Shown here: one piece after another, positions 48,239 to 55,849 of the stretch
Layout of the letters: each line of letters starts with the position of its first letter
Position numbering within the stretch: position 1 is the first letter of the stretch
Assembly: GCA_964582525.1 (NCBI GenBank)
Contig: CAZOSP010000004.1
Coordinates: 670-64,669, forward strand
From: an uncultured Thiomargarita sp.
Lineage (GTDB): Bacteria > Pseudomonadota > Gammaproteobacteria > Beggiatoales > Beggiatoaceae
Direction: 5' to 3'
DNA: 64,000 nt
Translations under genes and position numbers: made by a program
The notes under the pieces: model-generated
What the model saw: only the letters and a program-made list of their open reading frames with translations
The model's database searches: none
What the model was told of the DNA's origin: nothing

Positions 48239-48676
48239 GAGTTTCGGGTATTATTGAATACTCACAATCAGGCTTACAGTATAGATCACTGAGAAGTCTA
48301 AGCAACAGAGAACTGCATTTCTGCTTTGCTAGAGCTAAAAATGCGATACGCTATAGACGCACGTCAAAGCAGAAAACTAAAATCAAGCAAGTATTTTGCC
48401 AAGAAGCCTATGCCCATGACCGTGACAAGCCGTATTATTCTGTAACTTCTCAATACCTCATAGCAAGCAACCGCTCCCGGACGAGTCTGGCTAAGGGCGG
48501 AATCTCTCCGCCGCCCTTGATGCGATCACCCGGATAATCACGGAACAACACGCGGTTTTTTCGGCAGTCTTTTGCAAACGGCTAAAAGCGTCACGACATT
48601 ATTGTTGTTTTGTTTGACGTTAAACTGTCCACTACTTTTGGGCGGATATGAAGGGTGTCAAAATACACAGTTCTGT

Positions 48677-49171
48677 TCACGCCTTATCCCGTGTGCGTTG
48701 CTTAAACTGAATAGGGGAAGTTTCTAGCTCAACATGCCGCCAATCCGCGGGATAGCTATATACAGTGCATTGCGGCGGCTGCGAGGTGTATTTTGACATC
48801 ATATCCCAGACATCGTTGGCAAAACGCCAAGCCCCTTCTTTCAGGGGCGTTCCGTATAAAAGGACACCGATGTAACGCTTGCCAAACCAACCGGCTTCAT
48901 CCGTTAAACGCAAGCGTTTTTCTAATATTTCTATCAGTTGTTGGGCTATTTCGCTGTGCTCGCCTACGTCGCCAATATCAAAAATGATTAAGGAAAAACC
49001 GTGACCATTGCGGTCGGCTCTTGCGCATTCTCGCTGAATCGCTAAATGAAATTTTTTTTCTGCCATCATCATAATTGGGTCTTGTGGGGAAGAGGGGTAG
49101 TTTGGACAAAGTTTCTGCCTTATCCATGAAAAAGGAACACGTAAGGTGTTAGCGGAAAATACGCTTGTCAT
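48677..49171 (-). CDS. Stand-alone degenerate GGDEF-like domain protein
   Basis: FHLAIQRECARADRNGHGFSLIIFDIGDVGEHSEIAQQLIEILEKRLRLTDEAGWFGKRYIGVLLYGTPLKEGAWRFANDV follows the GGDEF-domain layout. The GG(D/E)EF site is replaced by WFGKRY. The ORF part upstream of 49171 is a translated repeat element. Confidence 0.5.
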   Translation of the reverse strand: MTSVFSANTLRVPFSWIRQKLCPNYPSSPQDPIMMMAEKKFHLAIQRECARADRNGHGFSLIIFDIGDVGEHSEIAQQLIEILEKRLRLTDEAGWFGKRYIGVLLYGTPLKEGAWRFANDVWDMMSKYTSQPPQCTVYSYPADWRHVELETSPIQFKQRTRDKA

Positions 49172-49245
49172 GAACAACTCCTGAGCTTGTGTAAATAGGC
49201 TGAAGCCCCTGCTTGAAACTGTTTTGTGGTTTATATGCAGCCCCG

Positions 49246-49342
49246 GTAGGTGCGCGACATCTTTTCGTCGAAGCACACGGGATGATGGCACGCTGCCGAG
49301 TATTCGCGTTCGCGCCACACAAAGACCTGGCGCAAACCCTAC
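49246..49342. repeat. 97-bp REP-doublet / MITE-like element (A+B halves, GTAGG...CCCTAC termini)
   Basis: The sequence is GTAGGTGCGCGACATCTTTTCGTCGAAGCACACGGGATGATGGCACGCTGCCGAGTATTCGCGTTCGCGCCACACAAAGACCTGGCGCAAACCCTAC. Each half contains a GC-rich hairpin with a TCTTTT-type loop. Other copies lie at 55460 and 55657, with half copies at 29445, 35934, 56891 and 56992. Confidence 0.85.
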
Positions 49343-49395
49343 TGGGCTATTGTTCAGCGACTCTCAAGTTAAAACCACATATTTTATATTGCGCC

Positions 49396-49497
49396 CTGCC
49401 TGAAACTGCTCTCAGAGATATTTTTAAGTACTTAAAATACAGGTAGTTACATCAAATTTGATAAGGCAAAATACACAGTATCTGGCGGCTATGATTA
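49396..49497. repeat. About 105-bp dispersed module (second copy of 29493..29596)
   Basis: CTGCCTGAAACTGCTCTCAGAGATATTTTTAAGTACTTAAAATACAGGTAGTTACATCAAATTTGATAAGGCAAAATACACAGTATCTGGCGGCTATGATTAT is about 80% identical by eye to the copy at 29493. Confidence 0.75.
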
Positions 49498-49589
49498 TAA
49501 ACCCAGCGTGGGGCAATGGCGATTTTTTCGTCCCCGCTTGTCCGGCAAGCGGGTGTCGGACTATTTTAACAGACGAAAAAGATGTCCTT

Positions 49590-49689
49590 TGCGTAACATC
49601 AGTTATGAAAAACGAACAGTGAAACTTGAGTTGTCATATAATCAGCTCGCGTTACGCGGTTAGTGCTTTTGACTGCGTAACGTCAGTAA
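49590..49689 (+). promoter_or_regulatory. Repeated 16-nt motif TGCGTAAC(A/G)TCAGT(T/A)A (x2) plus an inverted GCGTTAC palindrome; candidate operator sites
   Basis: TGCGTAACATCAGTTA lies at 49590..49605 and TGCGTAACGTCAGTAA at 49674..49689. CGCGTTACGCG lies at about 49648..49658, between them. All sit just upstream of the ParA-like gene. Confidence 0.4.
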
Positions 49690-49716
49690 TCAGGTTTTAT
49701 CAATTTCATAGATCAA

Positions 49717-50427
49717 ATGGCGAGGTTAGCAATGAGTATGATTCATTTTGTCGGCGGAGAAAAGGGCGGCGTGGGGAAATCTGTGCTATCGCGCTTGCTG
49801 TCACAGTATTTTTTGGATAATTCTTTGCACTATGCGGGACTGGATGCGGATCAATCACACCCCACTTTGACCCGTTATTATGAGGATTTCACCCGCCCAC
49901 TCAATTTGGACATGTTTGCCAGCATTGATGAGATTATGGAATTAGCATTGGCGGGCGAGCATCATGTGTTAATTGATTTACCCGCGCAAAGTCAGCGTTT
50001 TTTAGATCATTGGATCGAAGCCAATGACGTGTTAGACCTATGCAGAGAAATGGACATTACGCTGGTATATTGGTATGTGGTTGATGATGGACAGGATTCG
50101 GTGCAGTTATTGGATAATTTTTTGGCAAAATACAACACACTTTTACATTGTGTTGTGGTAAAAAACCAAGGGCGCGGCAGCGATTTTTACGCGCTTGAAA
50201 GCCTTGCTGTGTTGCAAAATGAAAAGCCCCATTTGCAACAGGTGTGTCTCCCCGCATTACATGCAGATACCATGCACAAAATTGATAAACTGAGTGTTAA
50301 TTTCTGGGCGGCGATGAATGTCAAGGACAATCCGTTGGGGCATTTGAGTTTAATGGAACGACAAAGAACCAAAGTCTGGATAAAGCGAATATATGAAACC
50401 TTTAATACTGTTTTTAAGCAACTATAA
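49717..50427 (+). CDS. ParA/MinD-superfamily P-loop ATPase, TraL/MobD-like
   Basis: It has a deviant Walker A (HFVGGEKGGVGKS) and LDADQSH. The overall layout and the C-terminal LMERQRTKVW resemble IncP TraL-type proteins. The start may be the ATG at 49732 or 49738. Confidence 0.7.
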   Translation: MARLAMSMIHFVGGEKGGVGKSVLSRLLSQYFLDNSLHYAGLDADQSHPTLTRYYEDFTRPLNLDMFASIDEIMELALAGEHHVLIDLPAQSQRFLDHWIEANDVLDLCREMDITLVYWYVVDDGQDSVQLLDNFLAKYNTLLHCVVVKNQGRGSDFYALESLAVLQNEKPHLQQVCLPALHADTMHKIDKLSVNFWAAMNVKDNPLGHLSLMERQRTKVWIKRIYETFNTVFKQL

Positions 50428-52456
50428 ATGTCTTGTGCTGCTGCTGTGCATGAGTAACAGCAGTGCCAATGAGATGATTAATTACGCGGGCGCACGCGAT
50501 GAAATCTCCTTGCTACGCGCTTTGGATTTGACTGAATTGATGGAGACCCGCGTTTATTCGGGCGAACGTCAGTTAAAAAAACTCAGCGAATCCGCCGCAA
50601 ATATGTTGGTGATCACTGACGAAGACATTGCGCGCACGGGGGCGAAAATGCTCAGTGATCTGCTGTGGATGACTGCCGGCGTTCAGGTGCAGGTGAAAAA
50701 CAATAATCGCCACACGGCTTGGTTCCGTGGCGTACAAACTGAATTTAATAACAAGGTCGCGCTGCTGATTGACGGCGTACCGATGCGCGATCTGTTCGGT
50801 GGCTTTAAGCTGGACGAGGAAATTCCCTTAGACAGCATTAAGCGCATAGAGATTATTCGCGGACCCGGCTCAACACTGTATGGCGCAAATGCTTTTTCAG
50901 GGGTTATCAGCATATTTACCTACTCGCCCGGCGAGCGTAAACCTGCCAATCAAGTGACCCTAATGGCAGGTAATGCGGCAACGTTCAGCACCTATGTGCG
51001 CGGCGAAACGGAACTTGAGCAAGCCTATTTGCAGCTACAAGCCAAATATTTCGATACCAATGGACAGGCACCGATACATGATCGCCACGGACGCATCAAT
51101 AACACCGACAATCCGCAACAATCCTTAGATTATTTGCAATTCAAAGCCAGCTCTAAAGATCAGAATTTACATTTCAGTGCGCTCTACAGTAACTTTGAAA
51201 ATCTCAATGTCAACAAGGGCTTAGAAAATCCTTCTCAGCGCGATTTTAGCCGCTACAGCTTTAATCTGAATTATACGCAAAAACTTCAGGAAGCTTTGAG
51301 TGCGCAATGGCATCTGTACTACACACGCAATGACCGTCTTGAGCGCGACATCCAATATGACATCCACAAGGGTGCGGTATTAGAAGATTTTTCTTTTAAT
51401 GACGACGTGTCCTTGCTGGGCTTGCAATCGATTTGGAACTATAACGGGCATCCGCAGCACGCACTGGTGACGGGCGTGGATGTGCAGCATGAAAGCTTGC
51501 TGGAAAGCACTTTTACCAATGCAGACACTGGCTTTGTCGATTCTTTTGTACTCAATCCCGCCTACCATGATTTAAGCCAAACCAATGTCGCACTGTTTGC
51601 GCAATATTCCTACACCCTGACATCGCAAAAAACCATGCTGACAGGCGGTTTACGCTATGACCACTTAGACATGTTTTCTAATCAACTCAACTATCGCCTA
51701 GGGCTGACTCATCGTTTCAATCAACGCCTGTCGGCTAAATTATTATATGGCACTGCCTTTCGCTCGCCGAATTTCCTAGAATTTAGCCGCGCAGACATCA
51801 ACAGCAGATTACCCGATGTAGAAACTCTCAACACCCTAGAGGCGCAATTCAATTACAGCAGCCCTAACTATAGTGTCAGTTTTTCCCTTTTTCATAACCG
51901 TTATTCTGATGTCATTCAACGCCTTGAGGGTGAAATTTTTGGCAATATTGGCACTCAGACTATGTATGGCTCTGAACTCGAATCGCGTTTCAATTTATCG
52001 CCGCATTGGTCTGGTTTCTTCAATCTCAGCTACTTAGACACTCAACAAAAAGACACAGGTGAAGCCCTGCCGCTATTTGCCGACTGGCACAGCAGCTTGG
52101 GTTTAGACGGGCAATTTCAACAAGCCGCGCACCGCTGGACGGTGCATAATCACCTTATCATTTACGGCGACCGCCGCGACTGGTCAAGCAACGCTTGGGA
52201 CATCGGGCAACAAGGGCGTTACGACAATCGCCCCAACAGCTTAAGCGACGGCTTTGCCATCTGGTATGCCAGCATTCGCTACCAAACGCTCAGCGGCACT
52301 TATAAAGGCTTAGAACTCGCCTTAAGTATTCACAATGTACTCAATGAGACTTACTATACACAAAGTAGCTCCCCGCCCGGAGCCCATCGTATTGCGTACT
52401 TTGATAATCAATATGAAGCACGCCAATATTACCTATCGCTCACCTATCATTGGTAA
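50393..52456 (+). CDS. TonB-dependent outer-membrane receptor
   Basis: It has a signal peptide and a plug domain (ITDEDIARTGAKMLSDLL..., IEIIRGPGSTLYGANAFSGVISIFT). A long beta-barrel follows, ending in the aromatic terminus ...YYLSLTYHW. It overlaps the upstream gene by 35 nt. Confidence 0.9.
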   Translation: MKPLILFLSNYKCLVLLLCMSNSSANEMINYAGARDEISLLRALDLTELMETRVYSGERQLKKLSESAANMLVITDEDIARTGAKMLSDLLWMTAGVQVQVKNNNRHTAWFRGVQTEFNNKVALLIDGVPMRDLFGGFKLDEEIPLDSIKRIEIIRGPGSTLYGANAFSGVISIFTYSPGERKPANQVTLMAGNAATFSTYVRGETELEQAYLQLQAKYFDTNGQAPIHDRHGRINNTDNPQQSLDYLQFKASSKDQNLHFSALYSNFENLNVNKGLENPSQRDFSRYSFNLNYTQKLQEALSAQWHLYYTRNDRLERDIQYDIHKGAVLEDFSFNDDVSLLGLQSIWNYNGHPQHALVTGVDVQHESLLESTFTNADTGFVDSFVLNPAYHDLSQTNVALFAQYSYTLTSQKTMLTGGLRYDHLDMFSNQLNYRLGLTHRFNQRLSAKLLYGTAFRSPNFLEFSRADINSRLPDVETLNTLEAQFNYSSPNYSVSFSLFHNRYSDVIQRLEGEIFGNIGTQTMYGSELESRFNLSPHWSGFFNLSYLDTQQKDTGEALPLFADWHSSLGLDGQFQQAAHRWTVHNHLIIYGDRRDWSSNAWDIGQQGRYDNRPNSLSDGFAIWYASIRYQTLSGTYKGLELALSIHNVLNETYYTQSSSPPGAHRIAYFDNQYEARQYYLSLTYHW

Positions 52457-52473
52457 ACTAAACAGGCGCAGAC

Positions 52474-53517
52474 ATGAAAATAACCGCTATCGGTGTAAAT
52501 GCCGCCTTTTCAACAGGCACTTATGAACCGGCTATTTCTCTCGAAAAAGCTTCGCAGGCAGTGACGCAATTATTACAAGAACACAATGGACAGATCACCG
52601 CTGAGCAAGTTGCCAGCAGGCTTCAAGCGATGAGCGACGGGTATTATCTGCCCAAATGGCAATCCAATTTTTTAATTGAATTTGACATGCTCAACAAGCG
52701 CGGAGAACGTCCCTATCGCTTGCTGGTGGATGTGGGTGGCGATGCGCGACATGCGCTCAAAGCACTGCACTTGGGTTCGGCGAAAATCGACGGCATCTAC
52801 ATCTCCCATCCGCACAACGACCACATCGGCGGCATGGAATACATGGCACTCACCACGCTGTTCAACCCGTTTTACACGCCGGCAAAAAAACAATGGCTAG
52901 GCGACCAATTCATCGCCGACAAACTTTTTTTAGAACAAAATGTCTGGTCTGTGCCGCCGGGCAGTTGCAAACCCGACTTGTTCGTTCACAAAAAAGTTTT
53001 AGAACCCCTCAAACGCGCCGTAGGTCCCGGCATGGACACTGTGCAAGGCGTACCGGATGTCACCATCGAAACCTATTTTGATGTACACCTAGTCGGCAAA
53101 CAAGAAGACGGCACCACCAGCAGCCACATCTTTGAAGATGGCAATGCGACTTGGAAAATGACCCCTATTTTCGCCATGCACGTTATTTCCAGTTCGGAAG
53201 AAATGCCCAGCTACGGCATCAGCCTCGAACACTCCAGCGGCTACAACGTCCTCATGCCCACTGACACCCAGCACATGATCCCCAAACAACTGGAAGCCCA
53301 TTATCACCGAGCTAATCGTATCTACATGGACTGCGAAACGAGTCCCTTCCCCTCCGGCGTACATCCCCATATATCCAATTTAATCAACGATATGAACCCG
53401 GACATTCAGAAAAAATGCCTGCTTTATCATTACGACAGCTACCCAGAAATTCCCGACGGCATGTTTTACGGTATTTTGTGCGCCGGTGATGCGCATATTT
53501 ATCCTGATTTTTCCTAA
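52474..53517 (+). CDS. Metallo-beta-lactamase-fold hydrolase
   Basis: 347 aa. It has the HxHxDH motif (YISHPHNDHIGG) and later His/Asp ligand candidates (MPTDTQH, HYD). The substrate is unknown. Confidence 0.75.
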   Translation: MKITAIGVNAAFSTGTYEPAISLEKASQAVTQLLQEHNGQITAEQVASRLQAMSDGYYLPKWQSNFLIEFDMLNKRGERPYRLLVDVGGDARHALKALHLGSAKIDGIYISHPHNDHIGGMEYMALTTLFNPFYTPAKKQWLGDQFIADKLFLEQNVWSVPPGSCKPDLFVHKKVLEPLKRAVGPGMDTVQGVPDVTIETYFDVHLVGKQEDGTTSSHIFEDGNATWKMTPIFAMHVISSSEEMPSYGISLEHSSGYNVLMPTDTQHMIPKQLEAHYHRANRIYMDCETSPFPSGVHPHISNLINDMNPDIQKKCLLYHYDSYPEIPDGMFYGILCAGDAHIYPDFS

Positions 53518-53634
53518 GTGGGAGCGGCTAATCGTAAGACTTAGCCCCGCTGCCGCTGGCGGCGTTTTGGCTGAGCTTTACAGTCAGCCACTCCCAGCCC
53601 CGCCACTGGCGGCGTTTTGCTACATATCCATCCC

Positions 53635-55317
53635 TTATTCGTCGGTCACACAACCGTGCGAAGCATCTTTAACGCTTTTGATGAACTTGTACAAAGTCCC
53701 TTTGCTGGCTTTGTAAGGCGGCATCGTCCAAGCGACTTGGCGGTTTGCCATCTCGTCATCGCTAACATCCACCGATAACGTGTTTTTGTCCGCATCAATG
53801 CTGATAATATCGCCGTTTTCGATAAGCGCGATAGCCCCGCCCTCCTGTGCTTCAGGGACGATGTGACCAATGATAAAACCATGCGAGCCGCCGGAAAAAC
53901 GTCCATCGGTCAGCAGGGCGACATCCGCCCCCAAACCCGCGCCCATAATCGCAGAAGTCGGTGTCAGCATTTCCGGCATACCGGGTCCGCCTTTAGGTCC
54001 TTCGTAGCGAATCACAACCACATCACCTTTAACGATCTCATTGCGTTCCAATGCCGCGAGCATATCCTCTTCGCAATCATAGACTTTCGCAGGTCCAGAG
54101 AACTGCAAGCCTTCCTTGCCAGTGATTTTCGCCACCGCGCCGCCGGGCGCGAGGTTGCCTTTGAGAATACGGATATGTCCGTTGGCTTTGATGGGTTTTT
54201 CTAGCGGTTGGATAATCGGTTGATTTTCGTGTAAACCGCGCACCTCGGCGAGATTTTCGCCCAAAGTTTTACCGCTCACGGTCATGCAGCTACCATCCAG
54301 ATAACCCTTTTCAAGCAAATATTTCATCACCGCCGGAGTGCCGCCCACTTTGTGCAAATCTTCCATGACGTATTTGCCGCTCGGTTTGAGATCGGCAATA
54401 AAAGGCACGCGGTCGCTGACGGTTTGGAAGTCATCAATGCTCAATTCCACTCCCACCGCTCGCGCCATCGCCAGTAAATGCAGTACCGCATTCGTCGAGC
54501 CGCCGGTTGCCATGATCATCACCATGGCATTTTCAAAAGCAGCGCGAGTCATAATGTCGCTGGGTTTGAGATCGCGCTCTAAGAGAATTTTCACCGCCTC
54601 GCCAACCCGCAAGCATTCTTCGCGTTTGCCCGCATCTTCGGCGGGATAGGAAGAGCTAAAAGGCAGGCTCATGCCCATGGCTTCAATCGCTGTTGCCATC
54701 GTATTCGCGGTGTACATACCGCCGCACGCGCCAGCACCGGGACAGGCATGGCGCACAATGTCTTGGCGTTCTTCTTCGCTGATTTTGCCGCTGATAAAGG
54801 CACCGTAGGATTGAAACGCCGAGACAATATCCAGCGGCTCTTGCTTTTTGCTAAAGCCCGGCTTAATGGTACCGCCATAGACCATCAAGCCGGGGCGATT
54901 CAAACGCGCCATGCCGATGATGCAGCCCGGCATGTTTTTATCGCAACCGGGCAAAGTCACTGCCGCATCGTACCATTGTCCGCCCATCACGGTTTCAATC
55001 GAATCTGCAATTAAATCACGCGATTGCAGCGAATAACTCATACCGCGAGTTCCCATCGAAATGCCGTCGCTCACGCCGATGGTGTTGAAGCGATAACCCA
55101 TTAAGCCCGCAGCTTGCACGCCTTCTTTGACCGCTTGGGCTAAGTCGAGCAGGTGCATGTTGCACGGGTTGCCTTCGTACCACACGCTGGCAATACCGAC
55201 CTGCGGTTTCTGCATATCGGTTTCCGTTAAACCAGTAGCGTAGAGCATGGCTTGTGACGCGCCCTGCGATTTGGGCTGGGTAATGATAGAACTGTATTTG
55301 TTGAGTGTAGGCATCAA
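53635..55317 (-). CDS. ilvD: Dihydroxy-acid dehydratase
   Basis: 560 aa. Supporting motifs are [26 protein letters not shown] and [16 protein letters not shown]. Confidence 0.95.
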   Translation of the reverse strand: MMPTLNKYSSIITQPKSQGASQAMLYATGLTETDMQKPQVGIASVWYEGNPCNMHLLDLAQAVKEGVQAAGLMGYRFNTIGVSDGISMGTRGMSYSLQSRDLIADSIETVMGGQWYDAAVTLPGCDKNMPGCIIGMARLNRPGLMVYGGTIKPGFSKKQEPLDIVSAFQSYGAFISGKISEEERQDIVRHACPGAGACGGMYTANTMATAIEAMGMSLPFSSSYPAEDAGKREECLRVGEAVKILLERDLKPSDIMTRAAFENAMVMIMATGGSTNAVLHLLAMARAVGVELSIDDFQTVSDRVPFIADLKPSGKYVMEDLHKVGGTPAVMKYLLEKGYLDGSCMTVSGKTLGENLAEVRGLHENQPIIQPLEKPIKANGHIRILKGNLAPGGAVAKITGKEGLQFSGPAKVYDCEEDMLAALERNEIVKGDVVVIRYEGPKGGPGMPEMLTPTSAIMGAGLGADVALLTDGRFSGGSHGFIIGHIVPEAQEGGAIALIENGDIISIDADKNTLSVDVSDDEMANRQVAWTMPPYKASKGTLYKFIKSVKDASHGCVTDE

Positions 55318-55346
55318 TGTCTCCTGTGTTTTTTGCTAACGATTAA

Positions 55347-55455
55347 CGATGTAGGGCGGATTAAGGCGCGTCTTTTTGCGTCGTATCCGCCAATTATATG
55401 AAAACGATGTAGGGCGGATTAAGGCGCGTTTTTTTTGCGCCGTATCCGCCAATTA
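55347..55455. repeat. Two tandem 58-bp units, each an E. coli-REP-like palindrome
   Basis: The unit CGATGTAGGGCGGATTAAGGCGCGTCTTTTTGCGTCGTATCCGCCAATTA... occurs twice. GTAGGGCGGAT...ATCCGCC resembles the classical enterobacterial REP (GTAGGCCGGATAAGGCG...CGCATCCGGC). Confidence 0.8.
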
Positions 55456-55849
55456 GTGCGTAGGGTGCGCGACATCTTTTCGTCGCGCACGCGGGATGAT
55501 GGCACGCTGCCAAGCATTCGCGTTCGCGCCACAAAAAGACGTGGCGCAAACCCTACTTTGCTATTAAATCAATCACTGCGAGAGCAGCGCGTTGATCGGA
55601 GTCTTGTTTTAAGACTTGATGAATACGCGCAAACTCTCCCTGCACTGCGGCAGTGCGTAGGGTGCGCGACATCTTTTCGTCGCGCACGCGGGATGATGGC
55701 ACGCTGCCAAGCATTCGCGTTCGCGCCACAAAAAGACGTGGCGCAAACCCTACTTTGCTATTAAATCAATCACTGCGAGAGCAGCGCGTTGATCGGAGTC
55801 TTGTTTTAAGACTTGATGAATACGCGCAAACTCTCCCTGCACTGCGGCA
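55456..55849. repeat. Two tandem 197-bp units (97-bp REP doublet plus about 96 bp of the lpxB 3' coding end)
   Basis: 55456..55652 and 55653..55849 are identical as far as can be read by eye. The ORF-track peptides VRRVRDIFSS...LPALRQ appear twice, in different frames, which fits a 197-nt period. Confidence 0.85.

Noticed and set aside
49440-49716. Possible riboswitch (e.g. cobalamin) in the leader of the ATPase-receptor-hydrolase unit
   Set aside because: No B12-box or other riboswitch core was recognisable by eye. The region is better explained by the dispersed 105-bp module plus the repeated 16-nt motif.
50393-52456. Idea that the TonB-dependent receptor is a heme receptor supplying the ABM/bilin-reductase pair
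   Set aside because: I could not find the FRAP/NPNL boxes or the conserved His typical of heme and hemoglobin receptors. The gene is about 3.4 kb away from the FDBR on the opposite strand, in a different apparent operon. It is kept only as a remote possibility.
55347-55849. Possible CRISPR array, given regularly repeated units in an intergenic region
   Set aside because: The units are contiguous tandem duplications (2 x 58 bp and 2 x 197 bp) with no unique spacers. They belong to dispersed REP-like families, and no cas genes are nearby.
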